Source: Betaproteobacteria bacterium UBA931 (GTDB taxonomy: Bacteria; Pseudomonadota; Gammaproteobacteria; Burkholderiales; Casimicrobiaceae). Taken from it: a stretch of DNA of 35,956 nucleotides. Every line of letters starts with the position of its first letter. Position 1 is the stretch's first letter. The notes below the pieces were generated by a model. It worked only from the letters and a program-made list of their open reading frames with translations. It searched no databases and had not been told where the DNA came from. The position numbers and the translations under genes were made by a program. The stretch covers positions 25,744 to 61,699 of the forward strand of contig DBDN01000081.1 of assembly GCA_002293615.1 (NCBI GenBank). The letters run 5' to 3'. Below are positions 19,259 to 30,059 of the stretch, one piece after another.

Positions 19259-22200
19259 ATGCAAGTCACCAGACGACAGTTCTTCAAGATCTGTTCGGGC
19301 GGCATGGCGGGCACGACGCTGGCAACATTGGGCTTTGCGCCCGGTGCGGCATTGGCGGATGTGCGTGCATATAAGTTATTGCGTGCTCGTGAAACGCGTA
19401 ACACCTGCCCTTATTGTTCGGTTGGTTGCGGTTTGCTGATGTACAGCCGCAGCGATGGCGCCGGAAATGTCAAAGAGAGTATTTTCCATATTGAAGGAGA
19501 TCCGGATCACCCTGTGAGTCGTGGGGCTTTGTGCCCCAAAGGTGCGGGGCTGGTCGATTTTGTTCACAGTCAGGATCGCCTGCGTTATCCGGAAGTACGC
19601 GAAGCGGGCAGCAAAGAGTGGAAACGGATCAGCTGGGAAGAAGCGCTTGACCGTATCGCGCGGCATATTAAAAATGACCGCGATGCCAATTTTGTCGAGA
19701 GGAACGCCAGCGGCGTGACGGTAAACCGTTACAACACTACGGGATTGTTCGCTTGTACGGCAACCAGCAATGAAGCCGGTTATTTAACGCTTAAGCTCGC
19801 ACGCTCTTTAGGCATGGTCAGCGTTGACCATGTCGCTCGTATTTGACACGCGCCAACGGTAGCAGGTCTTGCTCCTTCATTTGGTCGCGGTGCGATGACC
19901 AACCATTGGGTTGACATCAAAAATGCGAACTTAGTACTGGTGATGGGCGGTAACGCGGCAGAAGCGCACCCGGTGGGCTTCCGCTGGGCGATTGACGCCA
20001 AAATTAATAATAAAGCGAAAATTCTGGTTGTTGACCCTCGTTTTACGCGTTCAGCAGCGGTCGCTGACGAACATGTGCGTTTGCGCCCGGGTACCGATAT
20101 CGCTTTTTTAAGCGGTGTGCTGAATTACCTGATTACCAACGATAAATATCAGAAAGAATATGTCCGCGAATATACCAATGCGTCGTTTATCGTGCGCAGC
20201 GATTTTGATTTTGCGGACGGGATGTTTAGCGGCTGGGATGACGCGAAAAAGCAATACAACCGCTCTTCGTGGAATTATGAATTTGACGAAGACGGCTATG
20301 CGCGTCGCGATCCTACGTTGACGCATCCGCGCTGTGTTTTTAATTTGCTCAAGAAACACGTCAGTCGTTATACGCCGGATGTGGTGTCGAACATTTGCGG
20401 TACGCCGGAGGTGGATTTTCTCAAGGCGTGCGAGATGATCGCCGAAACCGCCGCGCCGGACAAAACCATGACGTCGCTTTATGCGCTTGGCTGGACGGAG
20501 CATACTGTCGGCGCACAAAATATCCGCACGATGGCGATGATCCAGTTGATGCTTGGCAACATAGGTATGCCGGGCGGTGGTATCAATGCGTTGCGTGGAC
20601 ATACCAACGTTCAAGGATTAACCGATGTCGGCGTGATGGCGACGGCGCTGCCGGGCTATCTGGCATTGCCGCATGAGCGGTTTGCCACGCTGGGAGCTTA
20701 CCTTGAGGGTAATACGCCAAAAACGACCGGGCGCGGGCAGGTGAATTACTGGAGCAACTATCCGAAGTTCTTCATCAGCCTGCTGAAATCGTTCTATGGC
20801 AATAAAGCGACGCCGGAAAACGAATATGGCTATCATTGGTTGCCCAAGTGGGACAAGATGTACGACACCATGCAGTTCATGGACATGATGGAGAACAGCG
20901 AAGTAAACGGTTTCATCGTTCAGGGCTACAATGTCGTTGCTTGCATGCCGAATAAAAACAAGTCGATTCGCGCGTTGTCCAATCTGAAATTCCTGGTTGT
21001 GATCGATCCGCTGTCTTGTGAAACAGCCAATTTCTGGCAGAACCACGGCGAATTTAACGATGTCGATCCGGCATCGATTCAAACTGAAGTGTTCAATCTT
21101 CCGTCAAGCTGTTTTGCCGAAGAGGAAGGCTCGATCACCAATTCCGGGCGCTGGGTGCAATGGCACTGGCAGGGCGCGGAACCGCCGGGCGAAGGCAAAA
21201 CCGATTCGGCGGTGATTGCCGAAATCATGATGAAAGTCCGCGAGCTGTATGAGAAAGAAGGCGGCGCGGGGGCAGAATCGTTCCTCAACATGCGTTGGGA
21301 TTATTCGCAGCCCAAACACCCAGCATCCGATGAAATTGCCAAGGAAATTAACGGGCGGGCGCTTGCCGATCTGACCGATGCCAACGGAAATGTGGTCGTC
21401 AAGAAAGGACAATTGTTCAGCAGTTTTGCGCAATTGCGCGATGACGGCTCCACTGAATGCGGCATGTGGATTTACGCAGGCTGCTGGACGGAGGCCGGTA
21501 ATCAGATGGCGCGCCGTGACAATGCGGATCCGTCCGGATTGGGCAATCATCTCGGTTGGTCATGGGCGTGGCCGCTGAACCGCCGGATTTTGTATAACCG
21601 CGCTTCGCTTGATCCGAGCGGCAAGCCGTGGGATCCGAAACGCGAGATCATCAGCTGGCAGGGCAACAAGTGGGGCGGTTTTGACGTGCCCGACTTTACG
21701 GCGGCAGCGCCGGGCAGCGGTGTCAATCCGTTCATTATGCAGCCGGAAGGCGTGGGACGTTTGTTCGCTATCGACAAAATGGCGGAAGGCCCGTTTCCGG
21801 AGCATTACGAACCGATGGAATCGCCGATCGGCACCAATCCGCTGCATCCGGATGTGGTGACCTCACCGACGGTGCGCGTTTTTGCCAACGACAGCAACTT
21901 TGGCACTTCCGATCAGTATCCGTATGTGGCGACCACATATCGCCTGACTGAGCATTTCCATACGCTGACCAAATCGGCGCGATTAAACGCGATTACGCAG
22001 CCGGAAGCGTTTGCGGAAATCAGCGAAACGCTTGCCGAAAAAATCGGCGTTCAATCGGGGGATATAGTGAAAGTCACGTCGATCCGTGGTTACGTAAAAG
22101 TGAAAGCGGCTGTGACCAAGCGGGTAAAAGCGCTGCAAGTGAACGGGCAGACGGTTGAAGTCGTCGGGCTGCCGATTCATTGGGGCTTCAAAGGCGCTGC

Positions 22201-22303
22201 CCGTAAAACCTATTTGACCAACGTCTTGACACCGTCGGTGGGTGATTCCAATACGCAGACCCCGGAGTTCAAAGCGTTTCTGGTCAACATAGAGAAAGCA
22301 TAA
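19259..22303 (+). CDS. fdnG: Formate dehydrogenase (FdnG/FdoG-type) alpha subunit, a selenoprotein; TGA 19844..19846 is read as selenocysteine
   Basis: Tat signal MQVTRRQFFKICSGG after the RBS aaggagag, and an Fe-S motif CPYCSVGCG. The two track ORFs (19115..19846 and 19895..22303) are in the same frame and are joined by ...[36 protein letters not shown]. This reproduces the conserved context around the E. coli FdnG Sec196, and the UGA here is also codon 196. Confidence 0.95.
19847..19890 (+). promoter_or_regulatory. Putative bacterial SECIS hairpin immediately 3' of the fdnG UGA
   Basis: cacgcgccaacggtagcaggtcttgctccttcatttggtcgcgg. The apical stem is agca/tgct with a GGUCU loop, and a ccaa/ttgg pairing lies lower down. 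Position and loop resemble known SelB-binding elements. I did not fold it computationally. Confidence 0.6.
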
Positions 22304-22315
22304 GGAGGAAGAGCT

Positions 22316-23197
22316 ATGACTTTACAATCACAAGATTATCTTGAGCGCTCGGCCACCAATGCTTTGCGGCCGCCGCCACAAGCGCGCGACGCTCAACTTG
22401 AAGTGGCCAAGCTGATCGACGTATCCATCTGTATCGGTTGCAAAGCGTGCCAGGTGGCCTGTTCCGGGTGGAACGACACCCGCGAAGAAGTGGGCTTTAA
22501 CCACGGCAAGCTGGATAACCCTCTCAATCTCACGCCGAAAACCTGGACGGTGATGCGCTATAACGAGATCGAGGAAAACGGTAAACTGCAATGGCTGATC
22601 CGCAAAGACGGCTGTATGCATTGCAGCGAGCCGGGATGTTTGAAAGCGTGTCCATCACCGGGCGCGATTGTCAAGCACGCCAACGGCATTGTCGATTTCG
22701 TTTCGGAGAACTGCATCGGTTGCGGTTATTGTATTGCCGGCTGCCCGTTCGATGTTCCGCGTTTGAATGAGAAAGACAAGCGCGTGTACAAATGTACGTT
22801 GTGCGTTGATCGCGTCAGCGTTGGTCAGGAACCGGCTTGTGTCAAAACCTGCCCGACCGGCGCGATTCGTTTCGGTACCAAAGAGGATATGAAGAAACTG
22901 GCTGAAGATCGTGTGGAAGAACTGAAATCACGCGGCTTTCAAAATGCCGGCTTGTATGATCCGGAAGGTGTTGGCGGCACGCACGTCATGTATGTGCTGC
23001 ACCACGCGGACCGCCCGGAGCTGTACAGCGGTTTGCCGAAAGATCCGAAAATCAGCCCGCTGGTCGGTTTCTGGAAAGGCATCTTCAAGCCATTGGTGGC
23101 CGCCGGTTTTGCCGCTACGTTTGCGGCGGCTGCGCTGCATTATATGGCCGTAGGCCCTGTAAAGCCTGAGGATCATGAAGAGGAGGAAAAAGCATGA
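22316..23197 (+). CDS. fdnH: Formate dehydrogenase iron-sulfur (beta) subunit
   Basis: Four ferredoxin-type Cys clusters ([42 protein letters not shown]...CVKTCP) plus a C-terminal TM anchor. Confidence 0.95.
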   Translation: MTLQSQDYLERSATNALRPPPQARDAQLEVAKLIDVSICIGCKACQVACSGWNDTREEVGFNHGKLDNPLNLTPKTWTVMRYNEIEENGKLQWLIRKDGCMHCSEPGCLKACPSPGAIVKHANGIVDFVSENCIGCGYCIAGCPFDVPRLNEKDKRVYKCTLCVDRVSVGQEPACVKTCPTGAIRFGTKEDMKKLAEDRVEELKSRGFQNAGLYDPEGVGGTHVMYVLHHADRPELYSGLPKDPKISPLVGFWKGIFKPLVAAGFAATFAAAALHYMAVGPVKPEDHEEEEKA

Positions 23198-23826
23198 GTA
23201 CCAAAGAACAAGTTGTCACACGTCACTCGTTCCCGGTGCGCGTCGCTCATTGGCTGGTTGTGTTGAGCTTTCTGTTGCTGGCGATTTCCGGACTGGGCCT
23301 TTTCTTCCCATCATTGAACTGGATGACTTCGGTACTGGGTTCGCCCCAGCTTGCTCAGTTTTTGCATCCGGTTTTTGGGGTCGTGATGGTTTTGGGCATG
23401 GTGATTCTGTTTTTCGGCAATGTCGCCCACGCGTTCCCTGAAAAAGGCGACGGCCAGTGGATGATGCATATGGTGGACGTGCTCAAAGGACACGAACACG
23501 AGGTTGCCGAAGTCGGGCAATATAACGCCGGGCAGAAAATGCTGTTCTGGACGATTATCGGTTTGCTGGCAATATTGCTGGTTACCGGCATCATTGTCTG
23601 GCAGCCGTACTTTGCGCCGTTTTTTGCGGTATCGATCGTACGCTTGTGCCTGTTTTTGCATTCACTTTGCGCGGTGCTGCTGATCATGGCTATTTTCATG
23701 CATGCGTATATGGGCTTCTGGTATAAAGGCACATTGCGCGGCATGGTGTATGGCACGGTCACCCGCTCTTGGGCGAAGCTGCACCACCCGCGTTGGCTGC
23801 GGCAACTGGAGGGAAAGAAGAAGTAA
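23194..23826 (+). CDS. fdnI: Formate dehydrogenase cytochrome b556 (gamma) subunit
   Basis: 210-aa four-helix membrane protein ([24 protein letters not shown]...). ATGA overlap with fdnH. Confidence 0.9.
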   Translation: MSTKEQVVTRHSFPVRVAHWLVVLSFLLLAISGLGLFFPSLNWMTSVLGSPQLAQFLHPVFGVVMVLGMVILFFGNVAHAFPEKGDGQWMMHMVDVLKGHEHEVAEVGQYNAGQKMLFWTIIGLLAILLVTGIIVWQPYFAPFFAVSIVRLCLFLHSLCAVLLIMAIFMHAYMGFWYKGTLRGMVYGTVTRSWAKLHHPRWLRQLEGKKK

Positions 23827-24764
23827 TGGGAAGAGCATTATCATCATCACAAACGATTGATATCGCTTCACTTGCAACAACGGCGGAACCAGTTCCGCCG
23901 TTGTTGCAAGTAGATCTGCGGGCAATGTATCTACACCGCAGCGAACGGCTGCGCACGTTGGCCAAAGATCATCACACGATGGCCGATTATCTTTCGTTTG
24001 TCGCGGATATTGTCGATACGCAATATCGTATTTTTCAGGAGAAACCGCTACCGGCGGCACAGGAACAGTCGTCGCTTGTGGTGGATTGGCATACCGCGCC
24101 GTTGTCGAAGCAAACCGTAAAACGTGACGGTTACTGGCTGGAGGTTTTTGATCAACTGCTCATACAGTTATCGGAAAAACACCCGAATGGCGCTATTGCC
24201 GAAACATTGACGCGTTTACGCAACACGAGTGTTGATGCCAAAGAGAAAATTGCGGATCAACTGCTGACGGGCGATGTTTCCGGAGCCGGAAGCGATGGTG
24301 CGCCGTTTGTTTGGGCGGCGCTATCGCTTTATTGGTCGCAGCTGGTGCGACAGAAACCGCTGATTCCGCACGAAACAGTTGGCGTTGCCCGCGATCTTTG
24401 CCCGATTTGCGGCAATGCTCCGGTGGCGAGCGTTGTCACCATTGGTCCGCCGGAAGGTGTGCGCTATCTGCATTGCGCGTTGTGTGAAAGCGAATGGCGT
24501 TACGTGCGCGCGCAGTGTACGAATTGCGAAAAAAGCGGTAAGCTGCATTATTGGTCGCTGGATGACAAAGACGCGGCGGTCAAAACGGAAAGCTGTGGCG
24601 ATTGCCACAGCCATTTGAAGATTTTATTTCAGAACAAAGACGGACACATTGATCCGGTAGCAGACGATCTCGCCAGTTTGGCGCTCGATGCGCGTATGGA
24701 AGAGGAAGGGTTTGCTCGGAGTGCGGTGAATCCATTTTTGTTTCCTGCGCCTGAGCATGACTGA
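23826..24764 (+). CDS. fdhE: Formate dehydrogenase accessory protein FdhE
   Basis: IPPLLQ-type N-terminus ([26 protein letters not shown]) and four CxxC pairs (CPICG, CALCE, CTNCE, CGDCH). TAATG overlap with the fdnI stop. Confidence 0.9.
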   Translation: MGRALSSSQTIDIASLATTAEPVPPLLQVDLRAMYLHRSERLRTLAKDHHTMADYLSFVADIVDTQYRIFQEKPLPAAQEQSSLVVDWHTAPLSKQTVKRDGYWLEVFDQLLIQLSEKHPNGAIAETLTRLRNTSVDAKEKIADQLLTGDVSGAGSDGAPFVWAALSLYWSQLVRQKPLIPHETVGVARDLCPICGNAPVASVVTIGPPEGVRYLHCALCESEWRYVRAQCTNCEKSGKLHYWSLDDKDAAVKTESCGDCHSHLKILFQNKDGHIDPVADDLASLALDARMEEEGFARSAVNPFLFPAPEHD

Positions 24765-26169
24765 TACGAGCCTTTATCGAAGCCTTCCATCCGTCGATCG
24801 CCTTCTTTCCGAAGAAGGGGTAATGGATTTAGCGCAGACATATGGTCACGAACTGGTGGCTTCATGTCTGCGTTTTTTGCTGGACGAAGCGCGCGTTGAA
24901 ATCAAAGCGCGTCACGCATTGCCTTCCTGGACGAGCGATTGGACGGGCGCATTGTGCAAAAAACTCAAAGAGCGCACGCACGCTTCACTGCGCCCGGTGT
25001 TTAATCTGACCGGTGTTGTGCTGCATACCAATTTGGGTCGCGCCTGCCAGGCCGAGGCGGCCATTGAAGCGGTAACGCGGGCCATGCGCGAGGCGGTAAC
25101 GCTCGAATACGATCTTGGGCAAGGAAAACGCGGGCATCGCGATGCGGTGGTAAGCGAATTATTGCGTGAGATTACCGGCGCGGAAGCGGCATGCGTCGTC
25201 AACAACAACGCCGCGGCCGTTTTGCTGATGTTTGCAGCCATGGCCGATGGCAAAGAAGCAATTGCGTCGCGCGGCGAACTGATCGAAATCGGTGGCTCGT
25301 TTCGTATTCCCGATGTGATGCGCCAGGCGGGTTGCCGCCTGATTGAAGTCGGGACAACGAACCGGACACACCTGTGCGATTATCAGAATGCGATCAACGA
25401 AAATACTGCGCTGCTGGTCAAGGTGCATACCAGCAACTATCGCATCGAAGGGTTTACTGCCGCTGTTTCCGAAGCGGAGCTGGCGGTGCTCGGTCGGGAA
25501 ACCGGCATTCCGGTGGCCAGCGATCTGGGCAGCGGCGCGCTGGTTGATTTAAGCGTATATGATCTGGTGGCCGAATCCATGCCGCAGCAGATGCTGCGCG
25601 ATGGCGTTGGCCTGGTTAGTTTTTCCGGAGATAAACTATTGGGCGGCCCACAAGCAGGGATTGTTGTCGGGCGCGCTGACCACATACAGCGATTGCAAAC
25701 GCATCCGCTTAAGCGCGCCTTGCGTTGCGACAAAATGACGATTGCCGCTCTTGAGGCAACATTGCGCTTATATTTGCGTGCTGACCAATTGCCGCAATCG
25801 CTTCCTACCCTGCGTTATCTAACCCGTAAACCGCAAGCGATTAAAACACAAGCCGATCAACTGTTGCCTTTGTGCCAAGCGCTTTTTGGCGCACAGTTTA
25901 TTGTGCGTAGCGAAGCCTGTTTTTCGCAGATCGGGAGCGGCTCGCTACCGCTCAATACTTTACCGAGCTGGTCGTTGACGTTTATGGCGCGCGACGGACG
26001 TGGCCGTACGCTGGAATCGTTGTCTGAATATTGGCATACACTGGAAAAACCGATTATTGGCCGTATCGCCGATAATAAATTATGGCTGGATTTGCGTTGC
26101 GTTGACGATGATAAAGCGTTGGCGCAAGCGCTGCGCGATGCGGTGCCGCCGATGGTGTCATCGCCATGA
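24757..26169 (+). CDS. selA: L-seryl-tRNA(Sec) selenium transferase
   Basis: [13 protein letters not shown]-terminus, [16 protein letters not shown] and [14 protein letters not shown] (PLP lysine region). Overlaps the fdhE end by 8 nt. Confidence 0.95.
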   Translation: MTDTSLYRSLPSVDRLLSEEGVMDLAQTYGHELVASCLRFLLDEARVEIKARHALPSWTSDWTGALCKKLKERTHASLRPVFNLTGVVLHTNLGRACQAEAAIEAVTRAMREAVTLEYDLGQGKRGHRDAVVSELLREITGAEAACVVNNNAAAVLLMFAAMADGKEAIASRGELIEIGGSFRIPDVMRQAGCRLIEVGTTNRTHLCDYQNAINENTALLVKVHTSNYRIEGFTAAVSEAELAVLGRETGIPVASDLGSGALVDLSVYDLVAESMPQQMLRDGVGLVSFSGDKLLGGPQAGIVVGRADHIQRLQTHPLKRALRCDKMTIAALEATLRLYLRADQLPQSLPTLRYLTRKPQAIKTQADQLLPLCQALFGAQFIVRSEACFSQIGSGSLPLNTLPSWSLTFMARDGRGRTLESLSEYWHTLEKPIIGRIADNKLWLDLRCVDDDKALAQALRDAVPPMVSSP

Positions 26170-28079
26170 TTATTGCCACCGCCGGGCATGTCGATCACGG
26201 GAAAAGCGCGTTGTTGCAGGCGTTGACCGGTATTGACCCGATGCATCTTCCTGAAGAAAAGCGGCGTGGCATGACCATCGACATCGGCTTCGCTTTTTTA
26301 CCGGTGAACGAAAAAAAAATAATCGCTTTTGTCGATGTACCCGGGCACGAAAAATTTTTATCCAATATGCTGGTTGGTGTCGGCGGTGTGCAGCACGCAT
26401 TATTGGTCATTGCTTGCGACGACGGCATTATGCCGCAAACCCGTGAGCACGCTGCGATTTTAAAACTATTACGGGTCGAGCAAATTACCATTGCGCTGAC
26501 TAAAGCCGACCGTGTTGATTTGGCGCGGCAGCAAGCACTGCGGCAGGAAGTTCAAAATTGGCAGGCGGCACTTGGTTTTGGCCAAGTGCCGATGTTCATC
26601 ACATCGGCGCACAGCGGTATGGGCATTCACGAGCTACGCCAGCATTTAATCGCACTACCGGATACGCTTGCTGAAAACGCACACACACGTCGCTTTCGTC
26701 TTGCGATTGATCGCGTATTTCATGTGCGTGGTTCCGGCGTTGTGGTGACCGGTACGGCGCTGAGCGGGCAAGTCAATATAGGCGATATGCTATGGCTTAC
26801 CGGCGCCGAACAGCAAGTGCGCGTGCGTGATTTGCACGCGCAGAATCAGCCGGTGAAAAAAGCGCAAGCCGGGCAGCGTGTCGCGCTTAACCTTGTCGGG
26901 CGTTTGGAAAAGCAGGATATCACGCGTGGCGACTGGCTGTTATCGGAGAAACCGACGGAATCGATATCGCGGATATTGGTACAAGTGGAGACAGTGCCGG
27001 ATGTCCATATAGCGTTTCGTCACTGGCATGCCGTGCACGCACATCACGGTGCGCAGCATGCCAGCGGCCATCTTGCGTTGTTGCAGGAAAAACGATTGTC
27101 CGGCGACATCATACTTGCCGAAGTTGTGCTTGATGCGCCGATGTACCTTGCCGAAGACGACCGCTTGATTTTGCGCGACAGCGGCACACAGCGCATCGTT
27201 GCTGGCGCGCGCGTTCTTTCGCTGCACCCGCCGCGTCGTGGTAAACGGCAATCGGTATTCCTCGACTGGCTCAAGGAAAAAGCGTTGCACGATGGCGATC
27301 AGGCGTCGCTTCGTTTGCTTCTGCAGCAAGGCCATGTGGCGCTGTCGGATTTTGCTTGGGCTCGCCAACTCAATGAAGCGGGCTTACGGGCATTATGCGC
27401 CATGTTTTCTGATGTGCTGATCAGCGGCGATTTCGCAATGGCGAAAGAACGGGCGCAGCAGCAGCGGGAGCGCATTTTGGAAATGCTGGCGATGGTACAT
27501 CGGCAGATGCCCGATCAAATCGGTGTTGGGCGTGCCCGCCTGCACCGCATGGCATTGCCTGCCGTACCCGAAGCGCTGGTATTTGCGCATATCGAATACC
27601 TGCTCGGCGAAAGTAAAATCGTCAACAATAATGGCTGGTTGCATTTGCCCGAACACAACATTGCTTTAACGGAGGCGGAGCAAGCGCTCTGGCAACGTGT
27701 TGAACCATTTTTTGCAAAAGCGCCTTGCTGGACGCGCGATCTGGCGGTAGCGCTGTCCGTTCCCGAAGAAGACATGCGCGCTTTTTTACGCAAAGCGGCT
27801 CGGCTCGGAGAAGTTACCGCCGTTGTACGCGATCGTTATTATTTAACAAAACAGATCGCCGAACTGGCAACCTTGGTGCGCGATCATGGTTGCGATCATG
27901 CGGGTGCGCTGCGTGACCGTCTGAATATCGGGCGTAAACTGGCGATTCAGATACTGGAGTTTTTTGATCGCAGCGGATTTACTCGTCGACAAGGCGATAA
28001 ACATCTCTTACGCGACGCCGAATTGTTTAAAATAGCAAATACGACGGCAGCGCATGGCGATGATGATGGTATTAGTTGA
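26166..28079 (+). CDS. selB: Selenocysteine-specific translation elongation factor
   Basis: [23 protein letters not shown]1 motif, DVPGHEKF and TKADRV, followed by a long winged-helix C-terminal half. ATGA overlap with selA. Confidence 0.95.
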   Translation: MIIATAGHVDHGKSALLQALTGIDPMHLPEEKRRGMTIDIGFAFLPVNEKKIIAFVDVPGHEKFLSNMLVGVGGVQHALLVIACDDGIMPQTREHAAILKLLRVEQITIALTKADRVDLARQQALRQEVQNWQAALGFGQVPMFITSAHSGMGIHELRQHLIALPDTLAENAHTRRFRLAIDRVFHVRGSGVVVTGTALSGQVNIGDMLWLTGAEQQVRVRDLHAQNQPVKKAQAGQRVALNLVGRLEKQDITRGDWLLSEKPTESISRILVQVETVPDVHIAFRHWHAVHAHHGAQHASGHLALLQEKRLSGDIILAEVVLDAPMYLAEDDRLILRDSGTQRIVAGARVLSLHPPRRGKRQSVFLDWLKEKALHDGDQASLRLLLQQGHVALSDFAWARQLNEAGLRALCAMFSDVLISGDFAMAKERAQQQRERILEMLAMVHRQMPDQIGVGRARLHRMALPAVPEALVFAHIEYLLGESKIVNNNGWLHLPEHNIALTEAEQALWQRVEPFFAKAPCWTRDLAVALSVPEEDMRAFLRKAARLGEVTAVVRDRYYLTKQIAELATLVRDHGCDHAGALRDRLNIGRKLAIQILEFFDRSGFTRRQGDKHLLRDAELFKIANTTAAHGDDDGIS

Positions 28080-28083
28080 CAAC

Positions 28084-28178
28084 GGAAGAGCCGCGTCCCC
28101 GGTGGGGCGGCTGGACTTCAAATCCAGGTGGGGCCGCCAGCGGTTCCGGGCAGGTTCGACTCCTGTGCTCTTCCGCCA
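28084..28178 (+). tRNA. selC: tRNA-Sec (anticodon UCA)
   Basis: ggaagagccgcgtccccggtggggcggctggacttcaaatccaggtggggccgccagcggttccgggcaggttcgactcctgtgctcttccgcca. It has an 8-bp acceptor stem, a cTTCAAa anticodon loop and a long variable arm, and is near-identical in layout to E. coli selC. It starts 4 nt after the selB stop. Confidence 0.95.
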
Positions 28179-28218
28179 TTCTTTCGATATTTTTTGCTGT
28201 GTCCGGTGAACGTGTGTT

Positions 28219-28248
28219 TTGACAAAATCAGCGTTGTTCCCGTAGAAT
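28219..28248 (+). promoter_or_regulatory. Near-consensus sigma70 promoter for tRNA-Leu
   Basis: TTGACA (28219..28224), 18-nt spacer, TAGAAT (28243..28248), then a GC-rich discriminator ggcgctccc just before the tRNA 5' end. Confidence 0.55.
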
Positions 28249-28260
28249 GGCGCTCCCATT

Positions 28261-28345
28261 GCCCAGATGGCGGAATTGGTAGACGCGCTAGTTTCAGGTA
28301 CTAGTGGAGAGATCCTTGGAGGTTCGAGTCCTCTTCTGGGCACCA
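28261..28345 (+). tRNA. tRNA-Leu (anticodon CAG)
   Basis: gcccaga acceptor, D-arm gcggaattggtagacgc, anticodon stem-loop ctagt-TTCAGGT-actag, long variable arm, T-arm gaggttcgagtcctc, and a 3' end tctgggcacca. Confidence 0.95.
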
Positions 28346-28380
28346 CCGCAACATTCGAAAAATCACGCTATACGGTCATT

Positions 28381-28393
28381 TTGACGCTATAAG
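28381..28393. repeat. Copy 1 of the 13-bp perfect direct repeat ttgacgctataag (upstream of int)
   Basis: Exact match to 29485..29497, read directly from the sequence. Confidence 0.9.
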
Positions 28394-28498
28394 GCGGTTC
28401 TAAGCCAATTCCGTGACCGTAAATAAGCATCAGTAAGCGCCAAAAACAGCCTATAATTCCACCGCAACGACAAAAAAACGGTCACGGCGGTGGTCACG

Positions 28499-29488
28499 AT
28501 GGCGATAGACAAACTCCCTTCCGGCAAGTTTCGCGCGCGTCTTCAGCGCGGAAAAAAAAGGATAAGCAAAACTTTCGATACGCGCAAGCAGGCAAACGAC
28601 TGGCTCAAATACCAGGAGTCCGTAGCCTTTGCTGCATCGATCGGGCAGGCGCCACCACGCATGGTTTTACGCGAGGTGCTGGTCCGGTACGCCGAAGAAG
28701 TCTCGCCGACGAAGCGGGGCGAGCGCTGGGAAGTGATGCGACTGCGGATGATGGCGCGCGACACTCTCGGCGATGTACTGCTTGCCGAATTGGCGTCGGC
28801 GCATCTTGCCGCTTGGCGAGACCGGCGGCTGAAGGAAGTACAACCAGCAAGCGTTACGCGGGAAATGAACCTGCTCTCCGCCGTGCTGACAAGGGCGGTC
28901 AAAGAATGGGGTTATCTGCAAAACAACCCACTATCGTCTGTCCAGCGGCCGCGCACACCGGAGCCGCGCAACCGGCGCATCACGGATGATGAAATCAAGC
29001 GCTTATTGCTGGCGTGCGGTTATAACCGGGAAACTACGCTGGAGACGGTGCAAGCCCGCGTCGGGGCATGCTTGCTCTTTGCCATTGAGACGGCCATGCG
29101 TGCCGGTGAAATCTGCGGGCTGACGTGGAATCGCGTCAACCTGGCGCAACGCATCGCGCATCTCGACAAAACGAAGAATGGCACGGCGCGCGATGTACCG
29201 CTGTCGAAAGAAGCCATCAGGCTGATCAAGCAAGTGCAGGGTGTTGATGAGCGCCTGGTTTTCGGGATATTGGCCGAGCAGCTTGACGCGCTATTCCGAA
29301 AGGCAAAGGCGCGCGCGATGATCGACGACCTGCATTTTCACGACACGCGCCGGGAAGCGTTGACACGGCTGGCCGCCAAGGTCGATGTGATGACTCTGGC
29401 GAAGATTAGCGGGCATCGGGATCTGCGGATACTGCAATCAGTTTATTACGCGCCGGATATGTCAAAAATAGCTGCGTCTCTGGATTGA
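28499..29488 (+). CDS. int: Tyrosine-type site-specific integrase (P2/HP1-size class)
   Basis: N-terminal arm-binding-like KLPSGKFRARLQRGKKRISKTFDTRKQANDWL. Catalytic set ETAMRAGE (R), HFHDTRREA (HxxR), SGHRD (H), SVYYAP (Y). Start is ATG 28499 or GTG 28490. Confidence 0.9.
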   Translation: MAIDKLPSGKFRARLQRGKKRISKTFDTRKQANDWLKYQESVAFAASIGQAPPRMVLREVLVRYAEEVSPTKRGERWEVMRLRMMARDTLGDVLLAELASAHLAAWRDRRLKEVQPASVTREMNLLSAVLTRAVKEWGYLQNNPLSSVQRPRTPEPRNRRITDDEIKRLLLACGYNRETTLETVQARVGACLLFAIETAMRAGEICGLTWNRVNLAQRIAHLDKTKNGTARDVPLSKEAIRLIKQVQGVDERLVFGILAEQLDALFRKAKARAMIDDLHFHDTRREALTRLAAKVDVMTLAKISGHRDLRILQSVYYAPDMSKIAASLD

Positions 29489-29497
29489 CGCTATAAG
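29485..29497. repeat. Copy 2 of the 13-bp perfect direct repeat ttgacgctataag (spans the int stop codon)
   Basis: Exact match to 28381..28393. Confidence 0.9.
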
Positions 29498-29611
29498 TTC
29501 GTTTTCCGGTCGTTTCTGAAAAAACTTTCAAAAATATTCAAAAAAATATTTTCCGATTTGATGCACCTTAAGTCGGGATAAACCACAATATGTAGATATA
29601 CGCATAGAAAC

Positions 29612-29640
29612 TTGAATAATTAAAGTTAATCGGGTAATGT
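29612..29640 (+). promoter_or_regulatory. Candidate sigma70 promoter for the AT-rich cassette
   Basis: TTGAAT (29612..29617), 17-nt spacer, TAATGT (29635..29640), about 40 nt upstream of ATG 29682, which has an aagga RBS. AT-rich DNA produces such matches easily. Confidence 0.35.
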
Positions 29641-29681
29641 GTTGTCATCTTCCAGATAGCACTTTATAAGGATAAAAATAT

Positions 29682-30044
29682 ATGGCTAATCAAGTGAACG
29701 TTCAATCTAGAAAGTTTGAAACCCAAAAGGAAGCAGAAGCTCATTACTATGAATTAATTAATAAATGGCATGAAGAAAATAGCGGAATCAGCGAGGGTGA
29801 TGAACATTTCCCAGATTTCCGAGAAATATATACAGAGTATTGCAAAACCGAAAAGTATCAAACCTCAGGGCTTGAAAGTGGAATCAAAAGATTCTGGGCT
29901 GATTATTCTACCAAGCCTACAAGCGCAGGGATTTACCGCTCTACAGTTTGTTGCCATGTGGAATTCAATAATGGTGGTGAGGACGAGTTTTCAATAAAGA
30001 AAGCAATAAAAGCAATAGCTAATGAACAAAGATCAAAGAAGTAA
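29682..30044 (+). CDS. Hypothetical 120-aa protein (weakly reminiscent of DUF3223; family not confidently recognised)
   Basis: Clean ORF with an RBS in very AT-rich DNA, 15 nt upstream of the DUF1643 gene. The sequence is MANQVNVQSRKFETQKEAEAHYYELINKW...CCHVEFNNGGEDEFSIKKAIKAI. Confidence 0.6.
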   Translation: MANQVNVQSRKFETQKEAEAHYYELINKWHEENSGISEGDEHFPDFREIYTEYCKTEKYQTSGLESGIKRFWADYSTKPTSAGIYRSTVCCHVEFNNGGEDEFSIKKAIKAIANEQRSKK

Positions 30045-30059
30045 TAAACGGCCATTATT

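Noticed and set aside
19115-22303. fdnG appears as two ORFs (19115..19846 and 19895..22303), which suggests a pseudogene or a split gene.
   Set aside because: Both ORFs are in the same frame. The interrupting TGA sits at the conserved selenocysteine position (codon 196). A SECIS-like hairpin follows it, and selA, selB and selC are adjacent, so I treat it as one intact selenoprotein gene.
28084-28178. selC as the integration site of the island.
   Set aside because: tRNA-Sec is complete. It is separated from the integrase by host-like spacer DNA, a promoter and a whole tRNA-Leu gene. The element abuts tRNA-Leu instead.
28008-28346. 112-aa minus-strand ORF.
   Set aside because: It lies antisense across tRNA-Sec, the spacer and tRNA-Leu. 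It is an artefact of the structured, GC-rich tRNA sequence.
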